DNA of 64,000 nucleotides from an uncultured Giesbergeria sp. Lineage in GTDB: Bacteria > Pseudomonadota > Gammaproteobacteria > Burkholderiales > Burkholderiaceae_C. Position 1 is the stretch's first letter, and every line of letters starts with the position of its first letter. The notes below the pieces were generated by a model. The model had not been told where the DNA came from and did not search any database. It saw nothing but the letters and a program-made list of their open reading frames with translations. The stretch is from contig CANQLC010000015.1 in NCBI GenBank assembly GCA_947624595.1, positions 4,005 to 68,004 on the forward strand, given 5' to 3'. This document shows positions 52,632 through 63,394 of this stretch, one piece after another. A program made the translations under genes and the position numbers.

Positions 52632-55022
52632 ATGTCTACACTTTTCAGCCCAACCGATTTGGTTGTCCCGTTTGAAAACCTGAGAATGACCGACGTCGAG
52701 TCGGTCGGCGGTAAAAACGCCTCGCTCGGCGAGATGATTTCGCAACTGCCCGAGGGCGTGCGCGTGCCCACCGGCTTTGCCACCACCGCCCACGCTTTCC
52801 GCCAGTTTTTGGCTTTTGAGGGCTTGGCCGACAAAATCAGCGCCAAGCTGGCCGCGCTCGATACCGAAGACGTGCGCGCGCTGGCCGTGGTCGGCGCTGA
52901 AATCCGCGCGATGGTTGAGGCGCAGCCCTTTCCAGCCGATCTGCAACAAGCCATTGGCGAAGCCTTTGCCACCTTGTCCGCTGGCAACCCTGAAGCCAGC
53001 TTTGCCGTGCGTTCATCCGCCACCGCCGAAGATTTGCCCGATGCCTCGTTTGCTGGGCAGCAAGAAACCTTTCTGAACGTCGTCGGCATCGAAGACGTGC
53101 TGCACAAGATGAAAGAGGTGTTTGCCAGCCTCTACAACGACCGCGCCATCAGCTACCGCGTTCACAAAGGCTTTGCCCACGACGTGGTGGCCTTGTCGGC
53201 AGGCGTGCAGCGCATGGTGCGCTCTGACCTTGGCGCAGCGGGCGTGATGTTCACCATCGACACCGAATCGGGCTTTGAAGATGTGGTGTTTATCACCAGC
53301 AGCTACGGCCTCGGCGAAACCGTGGTGCAGGGCGCTGTCAACCCAGACGAGTTCTACGTCCACAAGCCGATGCTCAAGGCCGGTAACCAAGCGGTAATTC
53401 GCCGCAATTTGGGCAGCAAACTGATTCAGATGGTGTTTGCCACCCCCGAAGAAAAAGCTGCCAGCGGCAAGCTCATTAAGACTGTGGACGTGCCGACTGA
53501 GCAGCGCAACCGCTACTCGCTCACCGATGCGGATGTTGAGCAACTGGCGCACTACGCGCTGGTGATTGAGCAGCACTATGGTCGCCCCATGGACATCGAG
53601 TGGGGCAAAGACGGCCAAGACGGCCTGCTGTACATCCTGCAGGCGCGTCCTGAAACCGTCAAAAGCCAGTCCAACGGACAAGCCGAGCTGCGCTACAAAT
53701 TGAAGGGTACCGGCCCGGTGCTGGCCGAGGGTCGCGCTATTGGACAAAAAATCGGCACCGGTCCGGTGCGTCTGGTTCACAACATTGCCGAGATGGACAA
53801 AGTCCAGCCCGGCGATGTGCTGGTGACCGACATGACCGACCCCAATTGGGAGCCGGTGATGAAGCGCGCCAGCGCCATCGTCACCAACCGGGGTGGGCGC
53901 ACTTGCCACGCCGCCATCATTGCGCGCGAGCTGGGCATTCCGGCAGTGGTCGGCTGCGGCGACGCCACCGAGCTGCTGAAAGACGGCACGCTGGTGACCG
54001 TGAGCTGCGCCGAGGGCGACACCGGCCGCATTTACGATGGCCTGCTAGAGACCGAAGTGACCGAAGTGCAGCGCGGCGAAATGCCGGTCTCGCCGGTCAA
54101 AATCATGATGAACGTTGGCAATCCGCAGTTGGCGTTTGACTTTTGCCAGTTGCCCAACGAAGGCGTTGGCTTGGCGCGGCTTGAATTCATCATCAACAAC
54201 AACATCGGCGTACACCCCAAGGCCATCTTGGACTACCCCAACATCGACAACGACCTGAAAAAGGCCGTGGAGTCGGTGGCGCGCGGCCATGCCAGCCCCC
54301 GGGCGTTTTACGTGGACAAAGTCGCTGAAGGCGTGGCGACGATTGCGGCGGCGTTTTGGCCTAAGCCCGTCATCGTGCGTTTGTCGGACTTCAAGAGCAA
54401 CGAGTACCGCAAGCTGATTGGCGGCAGCCGCTACGAGCCGGAAGAAGAAAACCCGATGCTGGGCTTTCGCGGTGCGGCGCGCTACGTCAGCCAAGAGTTT
54501 GGCGAAGCGTTTGCGATGGAGTGCGAAGCCTTGAAACGCGTGCGCAACGACATGGGCCTGACCAACGTGCAAATCATGGTGCCGTTTGTGCGCACGCTGG
54601 GCCAAGCCGAGCGCGTGACGCAACTGCTGGCGCAGCAAGGTTTGCCGCGCGGTGACAACGGTCTGAAGCTGATCATGATGTGCGAGATTCCGAGCAACGC
54701 CATCTTGGCCGAGCGCTTTTTGGAGTTCTTCGACGGCTTCTCGATTGGCTCAAACGACCTGACGCAGCTGACACTGGGTCTGGACCGCGATTCGGGCTTG
54801 GAGATTTTGGCGGTGGACTTTGACGAGCGTGACCCCGCCGTGCAAGCGTTGATTCATATGGCTATCCAAGCCTGCCGCGCGCAGGGCAAATACATCGGCA
54901 TCTGCGGCCAAGGCCCCTCCGACCACCCGGACTTTGCGCAGTGGTTGGCTGACGAAGGCATCTCGTCGATCTCGCTCAACCCCGACAGCGTGATTGCCAC
55001 TTGGCAGCAGTTGGCTGGCTAA
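52632..55022 (+). CDS. ppsA: Phosphoenolpyruvate synthase
   Basis: [39 protein letters not shown]. Confidence 0.97.
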   Translation: MSTLFSPTDLVVPFENLRMTDVESVGGKNASLGEMISQLPEGVRVPTGFATTAHAFRQFLAFEGLADKISAKLAALDTEDVRALAVVGAEIRAMVEAQPFPADLQQAIGEAFATLSAGNPEASFAVRSSATAEDLPDASFAGQQETFLNVVGIEDVLHKMKEVFASLYNDRAISYRVHKGFAHDVVALSAGVQRMVRSDLGAAGVMFTIDTESGFEDVVFITSSYGLGETVVQGAVNPDEFYVHKPMLKAGNQAVIRRNLGSKLIQMVFATPEEKAASGKLIKTVDVPTEQRNRYSLTDADVEQLAHYALVIEQHYGRPMDIEWGKDGQDGLLYILQARPETVKSQSNGQAELRYKLKGTGPVLAEGRAIGQKIGTGPVRLVHNIAEMDKVQPGDVLVTDMTDPNWEPVMKRASAIVTNRGGRTCHAAIIARELGIPAVVGCGDATELLKDGTLVTVSCAEGDTGRIYDGLLETEVTEVQRGEMPVSPVKIMMNVGNPQLAFDFCQLPNEGVGLARLEFIINNNIGVHPKAILDYPNIDNDLKKAVESVARGHASPRAFYVDKVAEGVATIAAAFWPKPVIVRLSDFKSNEYRKLIGGSRYEPEEENPMLGFRGAARYVSQEFGEAFAMECEALKRVRNDMGLTNVQIMVPFVRTLGQAERVTQLLAQQGLPRGDNGLKLIMMCEIPSNAILAERFLEFFDGFSIGSNDLTQLTLGLDRDSGLEILAVDFDERDPAVQALIHMAIQACRAQGKYIGICGQGPSDHPDFAQWLADEGISSISLNPDSVIATWQQLAG

Positions 55023-55051
55023 CTGGCTTTATTGGCTATTAACCAGCCGTT

Positions 55052-55378
55052 GTGGTGATGCGCGCTGCCCTTCCTGAAGCCGATGACGAGTGGCAGGAAG
55101 AGCGGCCTTTTCCGCCCGATTTGCACGACGCCCGCCACCTCAAGCTCAAAGCGGGGCTTTTGGTGGTTTGGGCGTCGGTGTCGTTTGGCGCCTGCTTTTT
55201 TGCCCGCGAGCTGACTTTGGCACTGAGCCATTGGCAGATTGGCTATTGGGTGGCAGCCCAAGGCACGGTGCTGGTGTTTATCGCCATCGTCGTGGCCTAC
55301 GCAGCCCTTATGAGCCGCTTTGAGCGCCAAGATGGCGCAGCGGCCGCTCTTGCCGCGCAGCATGGTGATGCGCAGTGA
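55052..55378 (+). CDS. DUF4212 small membrane partner of sodium:solute symporter
   Basis: Two TM, GYWVAAQG motif, overlaps symporter start. Confidence 0.8.
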   Translation: MVMRAALPEADDEWQEERPFPPDLHDARHLKLKAGLLVVWASVSFGACFFARELTLALSHWQIGYWVAAQGTVLVFIAIVVAYAALMSRFERQDGAAAALAAQHGDAQ

Positions 55379-57471
55379 TGCCTAGCTCGACCGAATCTGC
55401 CCAATCTGCCAGCTATGCCCGCCGCCTGCACCGCATGTTGGGGCTGTATGTGCTGGGGGTGCTGGGGTTTTTGGCGCTGATGGCATGGGCGGAGCAGCGC
55501 GGCCTGTCGCGCCACTGGATTGGCCCGATTTTTCTGTTTTTCACCGTCATGGTCTACGCCGCGATTGGCGTCTATGGCCGCACCTCTGATCCTCAGGAGT
55601 ATTACGTCGCCGGGCGGCGCATTCCGCCGATGTACAACGGCATGGCCGCTGCCGCCGATTGGATGAGCGCGGCATCGTTCATCAGCCTCTCGGGCGCGCT
55701 GTATTTGCAAGGCTTCTCGGGCACGCCCGGCCACGCAGGCGGGTTGGCGTATGTGCTGGGCTGGACGGGCGGCTTTTGCTTGGTGGCGATTTTGGTCGCG
55801 CCGCATTTGCGGGCGATGGGCTTGTACACCGTGCCCGACTTCTTTCAGGTGCGCTTTGGTGGCCGCTGGCCGCGCGTGATTGCTGCGCTGGCGGTGGTGG
55901 TGTGCTCGTTTACCTACGTCGTAGCGCAGATTTATGGCGTTGGCTTGATTGCCTCGCGCCTGACCGGGGTGCAGTTTGAGATTGGCATCATGCTCGGCCT
56001 GGGCGGTGTGCTGCTGTGCTCGTTTTTGGGTGGGATGCGCGCCATCACGTGGACACAGGTGGCGCAGTACGTGGTGGTGCTGCTGGCGTTTTTGATTCCG
56101 GTGTCGTGGCTGGCTTACAAGCAGTTGGGCAACCCGATGGCACCGCTGGTCTATGGCGTGCAGATTGGCAAGATTGCCGATTTGGAAACCCAGCTGCTCG
56201 ACTCCCCCGCTGAGCACGCCGTGATTGCCGCGTACCTGAAGCGCGCCCAAAATTTTGAAGCCCGACTGCAAGATGTGGATGCAGCGCTAGAGCACGAGCG
56301 CGAAATCGGCCAAGCCCAGATCCACCGCTTGCGCGCCCAAAACGCTGATGTCGGTTTGATCGTCGCCGCCAGCCGCGAATTGGCGGCCTTGCCGCGCGAC
56401 GCCGCTGCCGCGCGCGAGCTGTGGACGCTGAAAATGCGCGAAAACTACGAGCGCGCCCGTCCGCTGGGTGGCCTGCCGCGCCACAGCCAGCCCTACGCGG
56501 GCGACCCGGGCGGCACGCCGCAAGAGCAGGCCGACTACCAAGACACGCGGCGCAACTTTTTGGCGCTGATGTTCTGCCTGATGGTCGGCACCGCCGGCCT
56601 GCCGCACCTACTGACGCGCTTTTACACCGTGCCCACCGTAGCCGGCGCACGCCGCTCCGTCGGCTGGGCGCTGTTTTTTATCGCGCTGATTTACATGAGC
56701 GCGCCGGCGCTGGCGGTGCTGGTGAAGTTTGAGGTGATGAACAACCTCGTCGGCAGCAGCTTTGACGCGCTGCCCAACTGGATGGCGCAGTGGGCGCGGG
56801 TCGATGCCTCGCTGCTGTCGGTGGAAGACATCAATGGCGACGGCGTGGTGCAGTTTGGCGAGATTCGCTTCGGCGCCGACCTCATCATGCTGGCCACGCC
56901 CGAGCTGGGCGGCATGCCGTATGTCGTTTCGGGTCTGGTGGCGGCGGGCGGCTTGGCCGCAGCGCTGTCCACGGCGGATGGTTTGTTGCTGACCATTAGC
57001 AACGCCTTGGTGCGTGACCTGTATTTCCAGTCGCGCCCGCGCAGCGCCTCGCCCGAGCAGCGCGTCATCTTGACCAAATTCACCCTGCTGGCGGTGGCGC
57101 TGGTGGCGGCATTTGTGGCGTCCCTCAAGCCGTCGGACATCTTGCCGCTGGTTTCGGCCTCGTTCTCGCTGGCGGCGTCGGCGTTTGTGCCGGTGATGGT
57201 GCTGGGCATCTTTTGGCGCGGCACCACGCGCAAGGGTGCCGTGGCTGGGATGTTGTGCGGGCTGGGCGTGGCGGTGTATTACATGGCCTCGCACTCACCG
57301 CTGGTGCAAGACTGGCTGCCACGCTGGCTGCTGGCCGATGGGCTGTGGTTTGGCATCCAGCCGATGTCTGCCGGGGTGTTTGGTGTCAGCGCGGGTTTAG
57401 CGTCGGCCGCGCTGGTCAGTTGGATCACCCGGCCAGTGCCCGAGCAGCCGCTGGTGCGCTTTGAGATGTGA
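55378..57471 (+). CDS. Sodium:solute symporter (ActP/VC_2705-like)
   Basis: YYVAGR, AADWMSAASF, GTAGLPH, AAALSTADGLLL. Confidence 0.9.
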   Translation: MPSSTESAQSASYARRLHRMLGLYVLGVLGFLALMAWAEQRGLSRHWIGPIFLFFTVMVYAAIGVYGRTSDPQEYYVAGRRIPPMYNGMAAAADWMSAASFISLSGALYLQGFSGTPGHAGGLAYVLGWTGGFCLVAILVAPHLRAMGLYTVPDFFQVRFGGRWPRVIAALAVVVCSFTYVVAQIYGVGLIASRLTGVQFEIGIMLGLGGVLLCSFLGGMRAITWTQVAQYVVVLLAFLIPVSWLAYKQLGNPMAPLVYGVQIGKIADLETQLLDSPAEHAVIAAYLKRAQNFEARLQDVDAALEHEREIGQAQIHRLRAQNADVGLIVAASRELAALPRDAAAARELWTLKMRENYERARPLGGLPRHSQPYAGDPGGTPQEQADYQDTRRNFLALMFCLMVGTAGLPHLLTRFYTVPTVAGARRSVGWALFFIALIYMSAPALAVLVKFEVMNNLVGSSFDALPNWMAQWARVDASLLSVEDINGDGVVQFGEIRFGADLIMLATPELGGMPYVVSGLVAAGGLAAALSTADGLLLTISNALVRDLYFQSRPRSASPEQRVILTKFTLLAVALVAAFVASLKPSDILPLVSASFSLAASAFVPVMVLGIFWRGTTRKGAVAGMLCGLGVAVYYMASHSPLVQDWLPRWLLADGLWFGIQPMSAGVFGVSAGLASAALVSWITRPVPEQPLVRFEM

Positions 57472-57498
57472 GCCTGATTGATAGGGTTTGCGGGCACA

Positions 57499-57525
57499 AA
57501 AAAAGCGGCTGTGAAACCGCTTTTT
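57499..57525. terminator. Bidirectional intrinsic terminator
   Basis: AAAAAGCGG-N8-CCGCTTTTT between convergent genes. Confidence 0.75.
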
Positions 57526-57555
57526 CGCTTTTTGATGGGGACAGTGCCCGCTGGA

Positions 57556-57915
57556 TTAGCGACCGACGCCGACCAGCTCCACGTCAAACTTCAGCGTAGC
57601 GTTGGGTGGAATCACGCCGCCGGCGCCGCGTGCGCCGTAACCCAAGCCTGCCGGAATAATCAGCGTGCGCTGGCCGCCGATTTTCATGCCCTGCACGCCT
57701 TCGTCCCAGCCCTTGATGACCTGACCGGCGCCCAGCCCGAAAGCAAACACGTCGTTGCGGTCGCGGCTGGAGTCGAATTTGGCACCTTGCTCGCCGTTGT
57801 TGTAAAGCCAGCCGGTGTAGTGCACGCTGACCTGTTGGCCTTTAACGGCCTCGGCGCCTTCGCCGACAACGGTGTCTTCGTATTGCAGGCCAGAAGCGGT
57901 GGTGGTGAATGCCAT
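57556..57915 (-). CDS. FKBP-type peptidyl-prolyl isomerase
   Basis: VHYTGWL, FDSS, VIKGWDEG, YGARG, IPPNATLKFDVEL. Confidence 0.95.
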   Translation of the reverse strand: MAFTTTASGLQYEDTVVGEGAEAVKGQQVSVHYTGWLYNNGEQGAKFDSSRDRNDVFAFGLGAGQVIKGWDEGVQGMKIGGQRTLIIPAGLGYGARGAGGVIPPNATLKFDVELVGVGR

Positions 57916-57951
57916 AAACAATCCTTTTATTGTGTCAGTTTGGGTAAATTT

Positions 57952-58008
57952 ACTCTATAAATGATAGCTGCTAGCGCACGTGTTTATTGGGCTAGAGGCC
58001 GATTTCAC
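57952..58008 (-). repeat. REP-like copy, 42 nt identical to copy at 48566-48607
   Basis: aaatgatagctgctagcgcacgtgtttattgggctagaggcc at 57959-58000. Confidence 0.88.
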
Positions 58009-58025
58009 CTATATTTATTGTGTTT

Positions 58026-58331
58026 TTACTTCTTGGCGCGGCCTGCGACCCAGCGGGTGGCAAAGGCTTGCACGTCGTTCAGGCGCTTGAGCAAGTCGGC
58101 ACCCGAGGCGGTGACGATATAGCCCTCGGTGCCGTGGTCGAGCAAGCCGGCCTCGCGCAGCTCTTTGATGCGGGTGTTGAGCGTGTTGGGCGTAATGCCG
58201 CCGACGCTGTCTTGCAGCAGGCGAAAGGTTTGCGGATGGCCATCGCGCAAGGCCCACAGGACGCGCAAGGCATAACGGCGTTCGAGCCGCTCAAACAACT
58301 GGTTGATAGCGGTATTTTCTTTGGAGCTCAT
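58026..58331 (-). CDS. HxlR-family winged-helix regulator
   Basis: LRVLWAL, F..LQ...GITPNTLNTRIKELREAGL; RBS AAGGAG. Confidence 0.85.
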   Translation of the reverse strand: MSSKENTAINQLFERLERRYALRVLWALRDGHPQTFRLLQDSVGGITPNTLNTRIKELREAGLLDHGTEGYIVTASGADLLKRLNDVQAFATRWVAGRAKK

Positions 58332-58429
58332 GTGGCTTCTCCTTACGCAGTAGGGAATCAGGGGGGAATTTCAACGCCCGTCGCAAAGCGCTTTGGGGTG
58401 CGGTGCGGACTATAGCGCTGAATCTATTT

Positions 58430-58490
58430 TGCTACAAGTTTAATAGCTCATAACGCACACCCGGTATGCGCCAGACCTCCAAAACGCTTG
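58430..58490 (-). repeat. Degenerate REP-like copy
   Basis: gctac-aagttta-atagctcataacgcacacccggtatgcgccagacc. Confidence 0.55.
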
Positions 58491-58551
58491 AGGCTCCCGA
58501 AAGTGTGGTGGCCTTACAACTGCGAATCACGGCACCCCCAGCGAACGGCAC

Positions 58552-58601
58552 AAAAAAGCGCCTGCTGCTCCGTCGTCGCACAACGGGGAGCAGCAGGCGC
58601 T
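58552..58601 (-). terminator. rpoD terminator
   Basis: 15-bp perfect stem AGCGCCTGCTGCTCC/GGAGCAGCAGGCGCT, U-run on - strand. Confidence 0.85.
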
Positions 58602-58633
58602 CTTGCGCCAGCTAGGCCAATGGCCGCTGTGGG

Positions 58634-60919
58634 TTACAGCGAATCGATAAAGCTGCGCAGTTTGTCGCTGCGGCTGGGGTGCTTTAACTTGCGCAGCGCC
58701 TTGGCTTCAATTTGGCGAATGCGCTCGCGCGTCACGTCAAATTGCTTGCCGACTTCTTCCAGCGTGTGGTCGGTGGACATTTCGATGCCAAAGCGCATGC
58801 GCAGCACTTTGGCTTCGCGCGGCGTCAGGCCATCCAGAATGTCTTTGACCACATCGCGCAGACCGGCTTGCATGGCAGCGTCAATCGGCGCGGTGTTGGC
58901 ACCGTCTTCGATGAAGTCGCCCAAGTGGCTGTCGTCGTCGTCACCAATCGGCGTTTCCATCGAGATCGGCTCTTTGGCAATCTTCATGATCTTGCGGATT
59001 TTGTCCTCCGGAATTTCCATCCGCTCGGCCAGCACCGATGCATCCGGCTCAAAACCAAACTCCTGCAGGTGTTGGCGGCTGATGCGGTTCATCTTGTTGA
59101 TGGTCTCGATCATGTGCACCGGAATGCGGATGGTGCGCGCTTGGTCGGCAATCGAGCGCGTAATCGCTTGGCGAATCCACCACGTGGCGTAGGTCGAGAA
59201 TTTGTAGCCACGGCGGTATTCAAACTTGTCCACCGCCTTCATCAGGCCAATGTTGCCCTCTTGAATCAGGTCGAGAAACTGCAGGCCGCGGTTGGTGTAT
59301 TTTTTGGCAATCGAAATCACGAGGCGCAAGTTGGCCTCGATCATCTCTTTCTTGGCACCGCGCGAGGTCGATTCGCCCGCGTTCATGCGCTTGTTGATGA
59401 GTTTGAGCTCGGTCAACGGCACCACGGCGTTGTTTTGCAACTCGGTCAGTTTTTGCTGCAGGTCTTGGATGGGCGGGATGTTGCGCGCCATCACCGTGCT
59501 CCACGGCTTGCCGGCGGTGGCTTGCTTTTCGACCCATTGCTGGTTGAGCAAGTTGGCCGGAAAGTCTTTGATGAACTGCTCTTGCGGCATGCCGCATTTG
59601 TCCACAATGATGCGGCGCATTTCGCGCTCTTTTTTGCGCACATCGTCCACCAGAGCGCGCACCATGTCGCACAGCTTTTCAATCGTCTTGGCGGTAAAGC
59701 GGATGGTCATCAGCTGCTCGCTCAGAGCGTGCTGCACCTTCATGTAGGCCGGCGTGCCGTAGCCGTCTTTTTCGTAGATTTTGTGGATCTTCTCGAACAT
59801 CTCGCGCATCAGGTCAAAGCGGCGCAGGGCTTCGTTCTTCAGCTCTTCCAAGCGGCGGGTCATGGCTTTGGAGCCGCCCTTGCCGTCGTCATCGTCGTCC
59901 TCGTCAAACTCGTCAAAGTCTTCCTCGGCCACGTAGTCGTCGGCTTCGTTGGGGTTGGAGAAGCCATCGACGATGGTGGTGATGACCACTTTGCCGCTGC
60001 GAATTTCTTCGCCCATTGCCAGCACCTCGGCAATCGTGGCCGGGCAGGCGCTGATGGCTTCCATCATCGCCATCAGGCCGCCTTCGATGCGTTTGGCGAT
60101 TTCGATTTCACCTTCGCGCGTCAGCAGCTCGACCGTGCCCATTTCGCGCATGTACATGCGCACCGGATCGGTGGTGCGGCCAAACTCGCTGTCCACGGTG
60201 GACAGCGCCGCTTCGGCCGCTTCTTCGGCCTCTTCTTCGGTCGAGGCGGTTTGCGCGGTGTTGGTGACCAGCAACTGCTCGGCATCGGGCGTTTGCTCGT
60301 ACACCGCCACGCCCAAGTCGTTGAGCATGGAAATCACCACTTCCAGCGTCTCTTGGTCAACCAGCTTGTCGGGCAAGTGGTCAGAAATTTCGCCGTGGGT
60401 CAGGTAGCCGCGCGTTTTGCCCAGCTTGATCAGCGTTTTCAGGCGCGAGCGGCGCTTGGCCATGTCTTCTTCGGACAGGACGGTTTCGTCCAAGCCAAAC
60501 TCTTTCATCAAGGCGCGCTCTTTGGCCTTGCTGATTTTCATGCGCAGCGGCTTGACTTTTTCTACCGGCGCGGCGGTCGGGTCGGTCGCGACTTCGGCTT
60601 CGGCTTCTGGCTCGCCTTCCAAGTCGGCTTCGATGTCGGACAAATCGGTATCGTCGTCATCGCTGTCTTTGGGCTTGCGGCCGGGGGCTTTTTTGGCGGC
60701 GGCTTTGGCGGGTGCTTTGACAGCGGTTTTTGCCGGGGTTTTCGTGGCAGCGGTTTTGGTGGCGGCGCGTTTCTTTGGCGCTTCGGCGGCACCCTCTTCA
60801 GCGGCGGCATCCACAGTTTTGGCGACTTTGACTACTTTGGCACGGGCTGGTTTTTTCTTGAGCAATTCATCAGCGGCTTTGAGCAGCTCGGCGGCAGAAC
60901 TTTTGGAGGTCACGGTCAT
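58634..60919 (-). CDS. rpoD: RNA polymerase sigma70 with Lys/Ala-rich N-terminal extension
   Basis: [42 protein letters not shown]. Confidence 0.98.
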   Translation of the reverse strand: MTVTSKSSAAELLKAADELLKKKPARAKVVKVAKTVDAAAEEGAAEAPKKRAATKTAATKTPAKTAVKAPAKAAAKKAPGRKPKDSDDDDTDLSDIEADLEGEPEAEAEVATDPTAAPVEKVKPLRMKISKAKERALMKEFGLDETVLSEEDMAKRRSRLKTLIKLGKTRGYLTHGEISDHLPDKLVDQETLEVVISMLNDLGVAVYEQTPDAEQLLVTNTAQTASTEEEAEEAAEAALSTVDSEFGRTTDPVRMYMREMGTVELLTREGEIEIAKRIEGGLMAMMEAISACPATIAEVLAMGEEIRSGKVVITTIVDGFSNPNEADDYVAEEDFDEFDEDDDDDGKGGSKAMTRRLEELKNEALRRFDLMREMFEKIHKIYEKDGYGTPAYMKVQHALSEQLMTIRFTAKTIEKLCDMVRALVDDVRKKEREMRRIIVDKCGMPQEQFIKDFPANLLNQQWVEKQATAGKPWSTVMARNIPPIQDLQQKLTELQNNAVVPLTELKLINKRMNAGESTSRGAKKEMIEANLRLVISIAKKYTNRGLQFLDLIQEGNIGLMKAVDKFEYRRGYKFSTYATWWIRQAITRSIADQARTIRIPVHMIETINKMNRISRQHLQEFGFEPDASVLAERMEIPEDKIRKIMKIAKEPISMETPIGDDDDSHLGDFIEDGANTAPIDAAMQAGLRDVVKDILDGLTPREAKVLRMRFGIEMSTDHTLEEVGKQFDVTRERIRQIEAKALRKLKHPSRSDKLRSFIDSL

Positions 60920-61260
60920 AGGTTTGACTTTCTCTGGTACACCGCCAGTGCGCGCGTGGACGCCGCAGTAGCGGTGGTGGCTATGGCGTAGGGCGCCGAA
61001 TTTTCTGGGGCTAAATCAATCACTTCTGTCTGGGCAGCGCAGGCTGCGCGCAGAGCACGTCTACGGCTTATGCCAAGTGCGTGCGAGGCTTAAAAAAACC
61101 TCGGCGGCAAGATGTTGGGGCGAACATTTGGTGTGCAGTCCTTGCGGTATCTGGGGGCGGTTGTGCGTGTGTGTCACGGTGGCCCGGTTCGGAGGTGCTG
61201 CTGTCGCTCTTGCCGACGTTAGCCCAACATTGTAGCGGTTACTCTTTATTTCAAGACCCG

Positions 61261-63273
61261 TCAAGCGGCCAAAGTCGATAATTTTTCTAATGCCACCCGG
61301 CGCAATTGCAGCGCGCGGTAGCGCTCTAGCGCGCTGGGGTCGTGGGCGGCTTGGGCAATGGCAGTGTCTTGCTGCTGCTTGAGGTGCTCAATCACCATGC
61401 GGTTGAGCAGGCCGCGCAATTCGGCGCGCAGCTCGCTGGTTTCGCCCTCGGTTTGGGCGTGGGCGCCGGTCATGACGCGCTCGGCAAGCGCTTGGCAGTC
61501 TTGCGCGCTGGGGTCGCTGCGCAGGGCTTCGCGCAGCAGCGCCCACGAGCGCACGCCGTGCTCATGGAATTGCGTCTCCAGCCACGTAAACAGCCGACCG
61601 TGCGGGGCGGCCAGCGCGCACAAAATGGTTTGTTCTTCTTGCGTCAGCGCATCCAAAAACTCCATGTGCGACAGCAGCAGCCGCGCGGCATGGTCGGCGC
61701 GGTTGGCCAGCACGGTGCTCGGGCCGCGCACGCCAGCGGTTGATGCGGTGGCTTTCGCGCCTTTGGGTGTCCAGCGCGGCTTGGCAGGGCGCTGCGTGTA
61801 CACCGGATAAAGCGCTAAAGAGGGAGTGCCGCCGTGCTGGCCGCTGGGTGGAAAGTCTGACAGGTAGGGCGGCGGCTCGCCGTGGCTCCAGTCGTTGTAG
61901 GCGTCTGGAGGCGGCGGTGCATGGCCGATAGCGTGGCCACCCTGTGAGCGTGCCGCCTCTCGCGCCCGGGCTTGGCTCCACACTTCCGACAAATCGCGCA
62001 CCTCTAGCTGCGACTGCGCTGCCAGTTCGCCCAGCAGTTGGCGTTTCAAGACGCCGTCGGGCAGCAGCTCCCACAGCGGGCGCGCATTGCTGGCCATATG
62101 GGCGCGGCCTTCGGGGGTGCCCAAGTCGCACTGGTCAGCCGCCGCTTCCAGCAAAAACCGGCTCAGCGGCATTGCAGCGCTGATGTGGCGCGCAAACGCA
62201 TCGCTGCCGTATTCGCGTACAAAGCTGTCGGGGTCGTGCTCGGTGGGTAAGAACAAAAATTTGATGCTGCGCGTGTCACTGGCATACGGCAGCGCCGCTT
62301 CCAGCGCCTTGCGCGCTGCACGCCGGCCAGCGCTGTCGCCGTCAAAGCTAAACACCACTGCGTCGGTAAAGCGAAACAGCTTGGCCAGATGCTCGGGCGT
62401 ACACGCCGTGCCCAGCGTCGCCACCGCGTTGGGAAAGCCCCATTGCGCCAGCGCCACCACGTCCATATAGCCTTCCGTCACCAGCGCCAAGCCATGCTCG
62501 CGGATGGCGGTGCGCGCCTCAAACAGGCCGTACAGCTCGCGCCCTTTGTGGAACACCGGCGTTTCGGGCGAATTGAGGTATTTGGGTTTTTCATCGCCAA
62601 ACACGCGCCCGCCAAAGCCAATGCACTCGCCTTTGACGTTGCGGATCGGAAACATCAGCCGGTCGCGAAAGCGGTCGTAGCGGCGCACATCGCCGGGGTT
62701 TTCGTCGTTGACGATGACCAAGCCGGACTCGGCCAGCAGCGGGTCGTCGTACTGCGCAAACACGCTGGCCAGCCCATGCCAGCCCTCGGGCGCGTAGCCC
62801 AAGCCATAGCGGTTGGCGACGGCGCTGGACACGCCCCGGCGCTGCAAATAGGCAATCGCGTGCTGCGCGCTGCTCAGGTGCTGGCAGTAGGCGGCGCTGG
62901 CTTTTTCCAGTACATCGGTCAGCGTGGCCTGCTGCTGCTTGCGGGCGGCGGCGCGTTCGCGCTCTTGCGGCGAAAGGTCGTCTTCGGGCACCGGCAGGCC
63001 GGTTTGCTGCGCTAGGTCATGCACCGCCTCGACAAAGCCCATGCCGGCGTGCTCCATCAAAAAAGTGATGGCGTTGCCGCTTTTGCTGCAACCAAAGCAG
63101 TGAAAAAATTGCTTGGATGGGCTGACGCTGAACGAGGGCGACTTCTCGCCATGGAACGGGCACAGCCCCATAAAGTTGGCGCCGCCTTTTTTCAGCTGCA
63201 CATAGCGGCCGACCACTTCGACGATGTCGGTGCGGTCAAGCAGCTCTTGGATAAAGGATTGGGGAATGCTCAC
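61261..63273 (-). CDS. dnaG: DNA primase
   Basis: CPFHGEK..CFGC zinc finger, KYLNSPE, EGYMDV, FDGDSAG; GTG start chosen. Confidence 0.97.
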   Translation of the reverse strand: MSIPQSFIQELLDRTDIVEVVGRYVQLKKGGANFMGLCPFHGEKSPSFSVSPSKQFFHCFGCSKSGNAITFLMEHAGMGFVEAVHDLAQQTGLPVPEDDLSPQERERAAARKQQQATLTDVLEKASAAYCQHLSSAQHAIAYLQRRGVSSAVANRYGLGYAPEGWHGLASVFAQYDDPLLAESGLVIVNDENPGDVRRYDRFRDRLMFPIRNVKGECIGFGGRVFGDEKPKYLNSPETPVFHKGRELYGLFEARTAIREHGLALVTEGYMDVVALAQWGFPNAVATLGTACTPEHLAKLFRFTDAVVFSFDGDSAGRRAARKALEAALPYASDTRSIKFLFLPTEHDPDSFVREYGSDAFARHISAAMPLSRFLLEAAADQCDLGTPEGRAHMASNARPLWELLPDGVLKRQLLGELAAQSQLEVRDLSEVWSQARAREAARSQGGHAIGHAPPPPDAYNDWSHGEPPPYLSDFPPSGQHGGTPSLALYPVYTQRPAKPRWTPKGAKATASTAGVRGPSTVLANRADHAARLLLSHMEFLDALTQEEQTILCALAAPHGRLFTWLETQFHEHGVRSWALLREALRSDPSAQDCQALAERVMTGAHAQTEGETSELRAELRGLLNRMVIEHLKQQQDTAIAQAAHDPSALERYRALQLRRVALEKLSTLAA

Positions 63274-63394
63274 GGCGGCATTTTCGCCCATCGTGCGGTT
63301 ATGCCTTGCGCTGGCCGCTTTGCCATCCGCTGCTGGTGGGCGGCGTCTGGTTTAATTGGGGTTAATACCTACGCGTTTTTTCAAGGAGAGCTTT

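Noticed and set aside
60560-60919. Histone-like Lys/Ala-rich RpoD N-terminus as a novelty
   Set aside because: Such extensions are typical of betaproteobacterial RpoD
58712-60991. Long antisense ORFs (also 38210-40219, 27805-29034, 25587-26507, 40921-42048, 53013-53909)
   Set aside because: They mirror well-supported genes on the opposite strand, have no recognisable motifs, and are expected from GC-rich codon bias
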